A stretch of DNA of 64,000 nucleotides from Methylophilaceae bacterium (GTDB lineage Bacteria > Pseudomonadota > Gammaproteobacteria > Burkholderiales > Methylophilaceae): positions 12,942 through 76,941 of the forward strand of contig JAOKBJ010000002.1 of assembly GCA_028244835.1 (NCBI GenBank). The letters run 5' to 3'. The notes under the pieces were generated by a model. That model had not been told where the DNA came from and made no database searches. It worked only from the letters and a program-made list of their open reading frames with translations. This document shows, piece after piece, positions 41,030 through 50,034 of this stretch. The first letter of the stretch is position 1, and every line of letters starts with the position of its first letter. The position numbers and the translations under genes are program-made.

Positions 41030-42775
41030 TTAACTAAAGCCTTTTTTATATAGTCTAAAGTAGTGTTTCTTAGATTTTAATAAACTTTTATGCGTTCCAA
41101 TTTCAACTATTTTTCCATCGTCAATAACAACTATTCTGTCAGCGTTCATTATAGTACTAAGCCTATGTGCAATTACAATAGATGTGCGTCCATGCATTAA
41201 ATTATCTAATGCTTGTTGAACAAGTTTTTCTGATTCTGAATCTAAAGCCGAAGTTGCTTCATCCAGTAGCAAAATAGGTGCATTTTTTAAGATAGCTCTT
41301 GCAATAGCTATTCTTTGTTTTTGTCCACCAGACAAACGAACACCCCTATCACCTATTTGATGATTAAAACCATCAGGAAGTTTTTCTATAAACTCAATTG
41401 CATTTGCTGCTTTTGCTGCATTCTTTACCTTTTTAAAATCTATTTTATTAAGTTTTCCATAAGCAATATTATTATGAATCGTATCATTAAATAAAATAGT
41501 ATCTTGACTAACGAGAGATAAATGATGTCTCAAATCATTGAGTTTGATTTGGGTAATATTAGTTTTATCAATAAATATAGATCCAGAATCTAATTCATAA
41601 AATCTTGGTATTAAGTTTATTAGAGATGTTTTTCCTCCGCCAGATTTACCTACCAATGCAATTTTCTCACCTGGTTTAATTACTAAATTTATATCTTTTA
41701 AGATAGGTTTTTTAATTTTTTCATATGAAAAAGAAACTTTTTTAAATTCAATATGGCCAGTAATTTTTTTAAATATTTTCTTTCCAGTATCAACTTCTTT
41801 TGTTTCATCCATTACGCTAAAAATACTTACAGCAGCTGCAATACCTATCTGAATTTGTTCATTAATTGCAGTTAATTTTTTAATTGGTGAAATCAACATA
41901 AGCAAAGCGCCAACAAATGCAGCAAACTCGCCTGGAGTAAATTTACCAACAGAATAGTAAACTACTAAGGCTAGAGAAATAGACGCTAGGACCTCAATTA
42001 CAAAACTATTTGCACCAGATAATTGGGCTAATTTCGTTTGCATTTTCCTATTACGTATTACTATTTCGGAGAATTTTTTAAACTCAAAAAAACTCGATTC
42101 AAATATTTTAACAATACGTTGTCCAGATATAGCCTGCTCTGAAGCACTTGTCATATCTCCCATTGTACTTTGGACTTCTTTGCCAGCCTTTCTCAGCTTA
42201 GGTGAAACTAATTTTAAATAAAAAGCCATTAATGGTGCCATTAATGTAAAAATAATGGTTAATAGCCAATCCAAGTAAAGCATATATCCTACAATACCCA
42301 ATATAGTAAGACTTTCACGGATAGACTCTAAAGCAACTTTTGTTGCAATAAATGATAATTGTTCTGTTTCATAGGTAATCTTAGAAACAATATTTCCTGC
42401 AGCACGTGAATCAAAATATGTTACTGGGAGTAACATTAACCTTCTAAAAGCATCAAAACGTAAATCTTCAACGATCTTTCTTGATACCCATCGCATTGAA
42501 TAGCCTGAAATAAATCCAGATAGTGCTCTTATCGTCATTAATATAACTAATGCCAATGGCAGAAAAATCGAAGGGTCTGCCGCTTGCTCAACAAAACCTT
42601 CATCTGTAATTTTTTTTATTAAAGCAAGAAATCCAGTATTTGTTAGGGCTAAAATAATTAAAGAAAAAATACTGAGAGATAAAATCCACTTATATTTAAG
42701 TGCATATTTAAAAATCCTTGAATAGATTTTTTTAAAATCTGCCAAGTCAACTTTGGTCGTTTGTTCTTTCGACAT
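41030..42775 (-). CDS. msbA: Lipid A export ABC transporter
   Basis: TMD plus NBD (GKSGGGKT, LSGGQKQR, DEATSALD); upstream of lpxK. Confidence 0.93.
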   Translation of the reverse strand: MSKEQTTKVDLADFKKIYSRIFKYALKYKWILSLSIFSLIILALTNTGFLALIKKITDEGFVEQAADPSIFLPLALVILMTIRALSGFISGYSMRWVSRKIVEDLRFDAFRRLMLLPVTYFDSRAAGNIVSKITYETEQLSFIATKVALESIRESLTILGIVGYMLYLDWLLTIIFTLMAPLMAFYLKLVSPKLRKAGKEVQSTMGDMTSASEQAISGQRIVKIFESSFFEFKKFSEIVIRNRKMQTKLAQLSGANSFVIEVLASISLALVVYYSVGKFTPGEFAAFVGALLMLISPIKKLTAINEQIQIGIAAAVSIFSVMDETKEVDTGKKIFKKITGHIEFKKVSFSYEKIKKPILKDINLVIKPGEKIALVGKSGGGKTSLINLIPRFYELDSGSIFIDKTNITQIKLNDLRHHLSLVSQDTILFNDTIHNNIAYGKLNKIDFKKVKNAAKAANAIEFIEKLPDGFNHQIGDRGVRLSGGQKQRIAIARAILKNAPILLLDEATSALDSESEKLVQQALDNLMHGRTSIVIAHRLSTIMNADRIVVIDDGKIVEIGTHKSLLKSKKHYFRLYKKGFS

Positions 42776-42793
42776 AAAAATATTTAATACTTT

Positions 42794-43207
42794 CTAATTA
42801 ACTTTTGTAGAAAATGTAATTTTTGTTAGACCAGCTTGCCGAGAAGCTTCCATAACGTTAATTACTGATTGATGAGATGCTAATGCATCTGCATTAATCA
42901 CTAATGGGTTATCTAGCCTACTGTTAGATAGTTCTCTTAATTTTATAGTTAATTCAGCTACAGTCTTGGCGTTAATTAGTTTTTCATTTATTGAATATTG
43001 GCCATCTTTACTAATTGCAACATTGATATGCTCTTGAGTTTTGTCTGAAATATTTGCTTCTGCTACTGGTAGATTAATTTTTAATTGGCTAAAACGGGCA
43101 AATGTTGTACTGACAACCAAGAAAATAATAATAACTAGCAACACATCAATTAAAGGAATAAAATTGATTTCTAACTCATCATTTTTTTTGCCTTTTTGAA
43201 AATTCAT
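42794..43207 (-). CDS. exbD: ExbD/TolR family protein
   Basis: EINFIPLIDVLLV, INAD. Confidence 0.88.
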   Translation of the reverse strand: MNFQKGKKNDELEINFIPLIDVLLVIIIFLVVSTTFARFSQLKINLPVAEANISDKTQEHINVAISKDGQYSINEKLINAKTVAELTIKLRELSNSRLDNPLVINADALASHQSVINVMEASRQAGLTKITFSTKVN

Positions 43208-43219
43208 TTAAATACTCCC

Positions 43220-43825
43220 CTACTTCCTCTTCCCATTAATAATCTCTACTAACTTAATTGCTTGTTGTTCCATTTCGACCACAAGGTCATCAATCTTTGA
43301 CCTAAAAAATCGATAAGCAATCATAGCTGGAACAGCCACAACTATTCCTCCAGCAGTATTATATAAAGCAATTGAAATCCCACGGGCAAAAATAGCAACA
43401 TCATGACCGCTACTAGTAAATGAGCTAAACAATTCAACCATACCGATAATAGTCCCAAACAAGCCCAACAAAGGGGCTACTGTTGCAATAGTGCCCAAAG
43501 TAGAAAGGTACCTTTCTAATCTATGATTAATAGCCCTTCCTGTTTCTTCAATAGCTTCTTTAATGACTTCTGATGGACTATTATAATTATTTAATGCGCT
43601 TGCAAAAATCTCACCTAGCATTGAATGTTTTTGTAACGATTGTATGGCTTCTTTCTTTACACCATCTTTTGTTATCATTTTTTGAGCTTCCAAAAGCAAG
43701 TTTTCTGGGGCAATAATATTTTCTCTTAATGCCCAAAGTCTTTCAAAAATTATAGCTACAGCTATGATTGAAGCGAAAATTAAGGGCCAAATTGGCCAGC
43801 CTGCTGCGTTAATGATATCCAACAC
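43220..43825 (-). CDS. exbB: MotA/TolQ/ExbB proton channel
   Basis: TIATVAPLLGLFGT, GISIALYNTAGG. Confidence 0.88.
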   Translation of the reverse strand: MLDIINAAGWPIWPLIFASIIAVAIIFERLWALRENIIAPENLLLEAQKMITKDGVKKEAIQSLQKHSMLGEIFASALNNYNSPSEVIKEAIEETGRAINHRLERYLSTLGTIATVAPLLGLFGTIIGMVELFSSFTSSGHDVAIFARGISIALYNTAGGIVVAVPAMIAYRFFRSKIDDLVVEMEQQAIKLVEIINGKRK

Positions 43826-43869
43826 TTATATTTCTCCCATTTTTATAATTACATAATTTAATTATTATA

Positions 43870-44547
43870 CTAGCTCACCGTGATTTTACCCTGAGTTAAA
43901 TTGTAAATTTTACTCATTTTCTTTGCTAGCAAAATATCATGAGTTACTAAAACAATAGATGTGCCTAAATCTTCTGCCAGCTCTAAAAAAATATCAAAAA
44001 CTTTATTGGCATTTTTGTTATCTAAATTTCCTGTTGGCTCATCAGCTAAAATAATATCTGGTGATGAAATAATTGCTCTGGCAATAGATACTCTTTGTCT
44101 TTCGCCGCCAGACAATTCATGAGGGTAATGATTAATTCTTTTTTCGAGGGCTAATTTTTTTACAATTAAGGATAATTGCGTTTTATTTTCCATTGTTAGC
44201 CCTCCTCTAATTGTGAATGGCATCATAATATTTTCGAGAGCTGTAAAATCAGGCATTAGATGATGGGATTGGTATATAAACCCTAAGTTATTATTTCTCA
44301 AGGTGCATAACTCGTTAGATTTTAGAGTTCTTAAATCCTTGTCTAGTATGATAATTTTTCCACTATCAGGTTTTTCAAGTCCTGCCATCAAATGAAGTAA
44401 AGTACTTTTTCCAGAGCCGGAAACTCCTGTTATTGCAATTTTTTCTGCAGTCTTAATAGTCAAATTAATGTTATTTAACACCGGCTGATCTAAACCGGGA
44501 AAAGACTTAGTTAGTTGATTAATTTTTAATTTTATTTGATTATTCAT
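43870..44547 (-). CDS. lolD: Lipoprotein-releasing ABC transporter ATPase
   Basis: GVSGSGKST, GFIYQSHHL, LSGGERQR, DEPTGNLD. Confidence 0.93.
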   Translation of the reverse strand: MNNQIKLKINQLTKSFPGLDQPVLNNINLTIKTAEKIAITGVSGSGKSTLLHLMAGLEKPDSGKIIILDKDLRTLKSNELCTLRNNNLGFIYQSHHLMPDFTALENIMMPFTIRGGLTMENKTQLSLIVKKLALEKRINHYPHELSGGERQRVSIARAIISSPDIILADEPTGNLDNKNANKVFDIFLELAEDLGTSIVLVTHDILLAKKMSKIYNLTQGKITVS

Positions 44548-45805
44548 ATTTTAAAGCAGTCGCAGGCTCAATTCTAGTAGCTCTAATACTTGGGTAAATT
44601 GTAGCAATAATGGATAAAAATAAACTCATAGTGCCTATAAAAATTACATCGCTTAAGAGAAGTTTTGATGGCAATACAGAAATGTAGTAAATATCTTTAG
44701 ATAAAAATTGAACGCCAAATAAACCCTCAATGAAAGGAACAATGGTATCGATATTTAATGAGATTGTTATACCCAATAACATTCCTAAGAAAGTTCCAAC
44801 AATGCCGATTAAAATTCCCTGCCACATAAAAACAAATAAAATACTCTTTTTTGTTGCTCCCAAAGTTCTTAAAATTGCAATGTCAGATGTTTTTTCAGTT
44901 ACGCCCATAACAAGAGTAGAGACAATATTGAATGCAGCAACAGCAACAATTAAAGTTAGGATAACAAACATTACTTTTTTTTCCATTTGAATTGCAGCAA
45001 ATAAATTTGCATGTTGCCTAGTCCAGTCTGTTACAACAAGATTATCAGAATTCTTAAACCTGCCTGACATTAATGATGAGGTTTTTCTTGTTTGATTTAA
45101 GTCATTTAATTTAACCCTCAGGCCAGAAATATACTCACCCATTTGAAACAAAGTCTGTGCATCATTTAAATGAATTAAAACTAAACCAGCATCATATTCA
45201 TACATTCCAACCTCAAAAATACCTTTGATCTTGAATTGTTTAAGGCGAGGTAACATGCCTATTGGGGAGTAATTAGCTTGGGAGCTAATCAAAGAAACTT
45301 TATCCCCGACCGACAATCCAAAGTATCTAGCAATATCAACTCCAATTAATATTTCATATTTATCTGGAATAAGATTAAACTCACCCTCCTTAATCTTTAA
45401 ATTTAAATCACTCACTTCTGGTTCTAAGCTAGGCACAATGCCTCTAACTATGACTCCTCGATTATATTTACCGAGAGATAACATTGCTTGATTATTTGTA
45501 AATGGAGCAATAGCTGATATATTTTCTATATCTTTAAGATTTGATTTTAAATCTCTCCACTCTTTTAGATTTTCACCTATCTTGACAATCTCAATATCAG
45601 ATGCAACGCTTAATATTTTCGTTTGTAATTCAGATTTAAAACCATTCATAACTGAAAGAACAACAATTAAAGCCATAACTCCTAAAGTAATTCCAATAAT
45701 GCTTGTTAAAGATATAAAAGAAATAAAATTTCTATTTTTTAATCGCGTATATCTTAAAGCTATCCAGAATTCGTAGAAATTATTTTTAAGAAAATTTATA
45801 ATCAT
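44540..45805 (-). CDS. Lipoprotein-releasing ABC transporter permease LolC/E (single copy)
   Basis: FISFIS, SVMNGF, EKKVM, VAAFNIVSTL, IAILRTLG; start at ATG 45805 avoids overlap with the riboflavin synthase gene. Confidence 0.93.
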   Translation of the reverse strand: MIINFLKNNFYEFWIALRYTRLKNRNFISFISLTSIIGITLGVMALIVVLSVMNGFKSELQTKILSVASDIEIVKIGENLKEWRDLKSNLKDIENISAIAPFTNNQAMLSLGKYNRGVIVRGIVPSLEPEVSDLNLKIKEGEFNLIPDKYEILIGVDIARYFGLSVGDKVSLISSQANYSPIGMLPRLKQFKIKGIFEVGMYEYDAGLVLIHLNDAQTLFQMGEYISGLRVKLNDLNQTRKTSSLMSGRFKNSDNLVVTDWTRQHANLFAAIQMEKKVMFVILTLIVAVAAFNIVSTLVMGVTEKTSDIAILRTLGATKKSILFVFMWQGILIGIVGTFLGMLLGITISLNIDTIVPFIEGLFGVQFLSKDIYYISVLPSKLLLSDVIFIGTMSLFLSIIATIYPSIRATRIEPATALKYE

Positions 45806-45850
45806 ATTATTTTTAAACTGTGGTCTTGAGCATTCTGCTAGAATTATGGC

Positions 45851-46438
45851 ATGTTTACAGGAATAATTGAATCTGTTGGTCAAATCACATTGCTTACTAG
45901 CAAACAAGGTGATTTTGAAATAAAAATTAAATATGAATCTGCATGCTTAAATGATTTGTCTCTTGGAGATAGTATATCCGTAAATGGTATATGCTTAACT
46001 GTTAAAAAGTTTAATAAAAATTTTATGTATTTTGATCTTTCAAACGAAACAATATCAAGAATTACTGAATTTAGGATAGGTGAAATGGTTAATCTTGAAA
46101 GCTCTTTAAGAGTGAATAGTAAAATATCGGGCCATTTTGTTTTTGGTCATATTGACGGAATAGCTAAACTAACAAAAAATGAAATAAAAAGTCGAAGTGA
46201 AGAGTGGACAGTTAAGCCGCCAAAAAAACTTATGAAATATATCTCTGAAAAAGGATCGATATCAATTAATGGGGTTAGCCTTACAATTAACTCCGTTCAA
46301 GAAAGCTCATTTAAAATTAATTTAATACCATATACGTTAGAGAATACAGCACTGAAAAACATGGGTATTGGCAATAAAATGAATATTGAAGTTGATATGC
46401 TTGCCAGGTATGTAGAAACTATTTTAAAGAAATCATAA
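45851..46438 (+). CDS. ribE: Riboflavin synthase (alpha chain)
   Basis: MFTGII, GDSISVNGICLT, GHFVFGHID. Confidence 0.95.
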   Translation: MFTGIIESVGQITLLTSKQGDFEIKIKYESACLNDLSLGDSISVNGICLTVKKFNKNFMYFDLSNETISRITEFRIGEMVNLESSLRVNSKISGHFVFGHIDGIAKLTKNEIKSRSEEWTVKPPKKLMKYISEKGSISINGVSLTINSVQESSFKINLIPYTLENTALKNMGIGNKMNIEVDMLARYVETILKKS

Positions 46439-46442
46439 CTAG

Positions 46443-47522
46443 ATGAATACTACAGAAGAAATTATAGAAGATCTTAAGAATGGAAAAATGGTCATCTTAG
46501 TAGATGATGAAGATAGAGAAAATGAGGGTGATTTAGTTCTAGCTGCCGAGTTTACATCAGCGAGTCACATTAATTTTATGTCTAAGTTTGGAAGAGGGTT
46601 AATTTGTTTAACTCTAACTGAAGAAAAATGCAAAAAATTAAAATTGCCCTTGATGGTTCAAGAAAATGAAGGGAAATTAGGTACAAATTTTACAGTATCA
46701 ATTGAGGCCGCCAAAGGAGTTACAACAGGAATTTCAGCAAGTGACAGAGCTAAAACAATAATGGCTGCAATATCAAAGAATGCAAACCATACAAGCATTA
46801 TTCGACCAGGCCATATTTTTCCATTAATTTCTCATCCTGGAGGGGTGCTTTATAGAGCAGGACATACTGAAGCTGGTTGTGATCTTGCAGAACTTGCAAA
46901 CTTAGAGCCTGCCTCTGTAATATGTGAAATACTAAATGAAGACGGGAGCATGGCTCGCCTACCAGAACTAATTAATTTTTCAAAAGAGCATAAAATAAAA
47001 ATTGGAACAATTGCCGACTTAATAGAGTTTAGAAGTAGAAAAGAAAAACTTATCAAAAAAATAAGCGAACAAACGATTGATACGTATTATGGACAAATGC
47101 AACTTCTTCTTTACTCTGACTTACTATCAAAAAATTCTCATCTAGCGCTTGTAAAGGGAAAAATAAATCCTGGAGATGAGGTACTAGTAAGGGTTCATGC
47201 CCCTTTATCCATTCTTGATTTTATTGATAAAAAAACTCAGCATTCATGGCCACCATTAAAAGCATTAGAAGCAATCCGTGAGTCCCCCAATGGAGTAATT
47301 ATCTTTCTTAATTATCAAGAATCACAAAATAAAATTTCTGATATTTTAGAGACTATTAATATACCTACAGACAATACAAATGATTTAAGAAATTATGGGA
47401 TTGGTTCCCAAATACTCGTTGATATTGGTGTAAAAAAAATGAAATTGCTAGCATCGCCAAGAAAGATGCCTAGTATGATAGGTTATGGACTTCAAGTTAC
47501 TGAATTTATTGAAAATAATTAG
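46443..47522 (+). CDS. ribB: DHBP synthase RibB fused to a degenerate GTP cyclohydrolase II-like domain (RibBX type)
   Basis: DDEDRENEGD, RAGHTEA; C-terminal domain has LVRVH but no zinc-binding Cys. Confidence 0.9.
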   Translation: MNTTEEIIEDLKNGKMVILVDDEDRENEGDLVLAAEFTSASHINFMSKFGRGLICLTLTEEKCKKLKLPLMVQENEGKLGTNFTVSIEAAKGVTTGISASDRAKTIMAAISKNANHTSIIRPGHIFPLISHPGGVLYRAGHTEAGCDLAELANLEPASVICEILNEDGSMARLPELINFSKEHKIKIGTIADLIEFRSRKEKLIKKISEQTIDTYYGQMQLLLYSDLLSKNSHLALVKGKINPGDEVLVRVHAPLSILDFIDKKTQHSWPPLKALEAIRESPNGVIIFLNYQESQNKISDILETINIPTDNTNDLRNYGIGSQILVDIGVKKMKLLASPRKMPSMIGYGLQVTEFIENN

Positions 47523-47595
47523 TAGGATTTTATTTATTTCATGATAAAATAAGTCGTTGATTACATTAAAATATAATTTAAATTGTAAATTTTCC

Positions 47596-47621
47596 AAAAG
47601 GGCTTCTAACCCTTTTTTTTT
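47596..47621 (+). terminator. Weak intrinsic terminator
   Basis: aaaaggg-cttctaa-ccc followed by 9 T. Confidence 0.55.
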
Positions 47622-47677
47622 AAGCCAATCTTTTATTCTCGGACTCCATGCTTGACCAAATAAAAATAGTGAAAAAA

Positions 47678-48130
47678 ATGGAAGGAAATATTTTGTCATT
47701 TGATTTTGGGGAAAAAAGAATTGGTATTGCGATTGGAAATAGCATTACAAAAACCTCTCACCCATTAGAAACCATAAATACTGATAAAAATACAGAAAGA
47801 TACAGGCTTATTGAATTGTTACTAAAAACTTGGGAGCCAGTTAAGTTAGTTATAGGCTACCCCTTAAACGAAGATGGAACTCTTTCAAAAATGAGCTTAC
47901 TAGCAAAAAAATTTGGTATGAAATTAGGAAATAAATACAATATTCCAATAGTAATGATAGATGAAAGGTTTACTTCTTCGGAAGCTGATTTAGAATTAAA
48001 GAAATTTGAAAAAAATTTTAAGAAAAGAAAAATTGTTATCGATCAAGTTGCTGCAATGATTATACTTGACTCTTTTTTCCAGAATAATATTAATGAAAAT
48101 TCTAATGAAAAATTTCAAGAGGTTTTATGA
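47678..48130 (+). CDS. yqgF: YqgF/RuvX family nuclease
   Basis: FDFGEKRIGIAIG, DERFTS, DQVAAMIIL; start 47678 preferred. Confidence 0.93.
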   Translation: MEGNILSFDFGEKRIGIAIGNSITKTSHPLETINTDKNTERYRLIELLLKTWEPVKLVIGYPLNEDGTLSKMSLLAKKFGMKLGNKYNIPIVMIDERFTSSEADLELKKFEKNFKKRKIVIDQVAAMIILDSFFQNNINENSNEKFQEVL

Positions 48131-49080
48131 TGAAGAATCTGCAACAAGATAAAAATAAAAAACTTCAACACCTTTTATCAATTGAAGGATTAAATAAAGA
48201 TATTGTTGAAAGAATATTCAATGACGCAGATAAATTTCTCGAAAACAAAGATACAGAATTTGATGGTTACACATCCTTGAGTGGAAAAACAGTATGTAAT
48301 CTTTTCTTTGAAAATAGCACTCGAACTCAGACTACATTTGAAATTGCTGCAAAAAGATTATCGGCAAATGTAATAAATTTAGACATAGCAACATCATCAC
48401 AATCAAAAGGTGAGTCAATCCTTGATTTAATAAATAATTTAATTGCAATGAGTGTGGATATTTTTGTGATCAGGCACTCTAAGCCGGGCATCCCAGAGTT
48501 GATTGCCAAAAATATTAAATCGGATGCTCATATAATCAATGCTGGTGATGGGAATAGAGAGCATCCAACCCAGGGACTTTTAGACGCTTTTACAATAAGA
48601 GAATTTAAAAAAGATTTTTCTACCCTCAAAGTTGCAATCGTTGGTGATATTGAACATTCGAGAGTAGCAAAATCACAGATTAATATTTTAGCAACTCTTG
48701 GTGCTAAAGAGATTAGAGTGATAGGTCCTAAAAGTCTTATGCCTAGGAATATTGATGATCTGGATGTTAATGTTTTTAATACAATGGAAGAGGGATTAAA
48801 GGATGTTGATGTTGTAATGATGTTACGAATCCAAAAAGAAAGAATGAGTAATAAAACAGTTCCATCTGAAAGTAATTACTTTAAAAGTTTTGGGCTAAAT
48901 CAAAAACGCCTTAAAATCGCAAAAGATGATGCTATAGTTTTACATCCAGGTCCAATTAATAGAGGCGTAGAAATAGAGTCCAAAGTTGCTGATGGAATGC
49001 AATCAGTAATTCTTAATCAAGTTAAGAATGGGATAGCAATAAGAATGGCAGTCATGGCAATGATGGTAGGTAATAAATAA
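48127..49080 (+). CDS. pyrB: Aspartate carbamoyltransferase catalytic subunit
   Basis: FFENSTRT, HPTQGLLD, HPGPINRG. Confidence 0.96.
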   Translation: MMKNLQQDKNKKLQHLLSIEGLNKDIVERIFNDADKFLENKDTEFDGYTSLSGKTVCNLFFENSTRTQTTFEIAAKRLSANVINLDIATSSQSKGESILDLINNLIAMSVDIFVIRHSKPGIPELIAKNIKSDAHIINAGDGNREHPTQGLLDAFTIREFKKDFSTLKVAIVGDIEHSRVAKSQINILATLGAKEIRVIGPKSLMPRNIDDLDVNVFNTMEEGLKDVDVVMMLRIQKERMSNKTVPSESNYFKSFGLNQKRLKIAKDDAIVLHPGPINRGVEIESKVADGMQSVILNQVKNGIAIRMAVMAMMVGNK

Positions 49081-49167
49081 AAAAGGCTTTAAAAATTAAT
49101 ACTTATTATTTTTATGTATATAATATAAAAACTAGTTAAATTTGTTTTGATCAAAAGGGGAAAATTG

Positions 49168-49299
49168 ATGTTAGAAAAACTAATTAATGCACTGCTAGGT
49201 AGAGAGTCTAAAGCTCCCTCAGCAGCGAAAAAGAAACCAGCAGCGAAAAAGAAACCAGCAGCGAAAAAGAAACCAGTAGCGAAAAAGAAAAAGAGATAG
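49168..49299 (+). CDS. 43-aa histone-H1-like basic microprotein
   Basis: MLEKLINALLGRESKAPSAAKKKPAAKKKPAAKKKPVAKKKKR*; purine-rich RBS aagggg upstream, terminator downstream; not in ORF track. Confidence 0.85.
   Translation: MLEKLINALLGRESKAPSAAKKKPAAKKKPAAKKKPVAKKKKR
49220..49290 (+). repeat. 18-bp tandem repeat, about 4 copies (cagcagcgaaaaagaaac)
   Basis: Exact copies at 49220, 49238 and 49256; variant partial copy at 49274. Confidence 0.97.
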
Positions 49300-49320
49300 T
49301 AAGGGTTTAAATTGAGTCTT

Positions 49321-49352
49321 AAAAAAACCAAGCTATTTAGCTTGGTTTTTTT
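49321..49352 (+). terminator. Intrinsic terminator after microprotein
   Basis: aaaaaaaccaagct-attt-agcttggttttttt perfect 14-bp inverted repeat. Confidence 0.9.
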
Positions 49353-49362
49353 ATTTTAAGAT

Positions 49363-50034
49363 ATGTCACTAATTAAAAAAAATATACTTAATATTATTGA
49401 TGAATTAGAACAAAATAGTTCTCAAAAAGAGAGCAAGGTGCGCCTTGTCGCGGTAAGTAAAGGTCAAGGTCAAGAAAAAATTCTGGAAGCCTTAAAATCT
49501 GGTCATAATATTTTTGGTGAAAATTACCTTCAAGAAGCTATTGATAAACAAAAAAGCCTTACAGATCATAAAATCGAATGGCACTTTATCGGACCAATAC
49601 AAAGCAATAAATGTACATTAATAGCTGAAAATTTTTCATGGGTTCATAGCGTAGACCGAATTAAAGTAGCAAATAAATTGAATAATTCACTTAAAGAGAA
49701 AACATCGCTTAATGTTTGCATGCAAGTGAATATCAGTAATGAAGACAGTAAAAGTGGGCTAAAAATTAATGAAATAGACTCTCTCGCAGAACATATTAAT
49801 AGCTTAGATAAATTAACATTACGGGGGCTTATGGCAATTCCTTCCAATACAAGCAATGATGAAATCCTTAAAAATGAATACAAACAATTAAAAGTTTTAT
49901 ATGAGAATCTCAAAAAGAAATATTTATCAGTTGATACTCTATCAATGGGGATGTCTAACGACTACTTGTTAGCGATTGAAAATGGGTCTAATCTTGTACG
50001 AATAGGAAGTAAAATTTTCGGTAAAAGAACATAA
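49363..50034 (+). CDS. yggS: Pyridoxal phosphate homeostasis protein
   Basis: LVAVSK, FGENYLQE, WHFIGPIQSNK, LSMGMS.D. Confidence 0.96.
   Translation: MSLIKKNILNIIDELEQNSSQKESKVRLVAVSKGQGQEKILEALKSGHNIFGENYLQEAIDKQKSLTDHKIEWHFIGPIQSNKCTLIAENFSWVHSVDRIKVANKLNNSLKEKTSLNVCMQVNISNEDSKSGLKINEIDSLAEHINSLDKLTLRGLMAIPSNTSNDEILKNEYKQLKVLYENLKKKYLSVDTLSMGMSNDYLLAIENGSNLVRIGSKIFGKRT

Noticed and set aside
45806-45907. N-terminal extension of lolC/E overlapping the riboflavin synthase gene
   Set aside because: Longest-ORF artefact; homology begins near ATG 45805. The same applies to the extended starts of thioredoxin, sucD, nadC, rppH and yqgF.
47040-47522. Inactive GTP cyclohydrolase II domain as a novelty
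   Set aside because: RibBX-type fusions are already described in proteobacteria.
49220-49290. Possible CRISPR array
   Set aside because: Repeats are contiguous with no spacers, in frame with a coding sequence, and there are no cas genes.
49089-49331. 80-aa minus-strand ORF with FFFAAG repeats
   Set aside because: Antisense shadow of the 18-bp repeat; the RBS and protein composition support the + strand 43-aa ORF instead.
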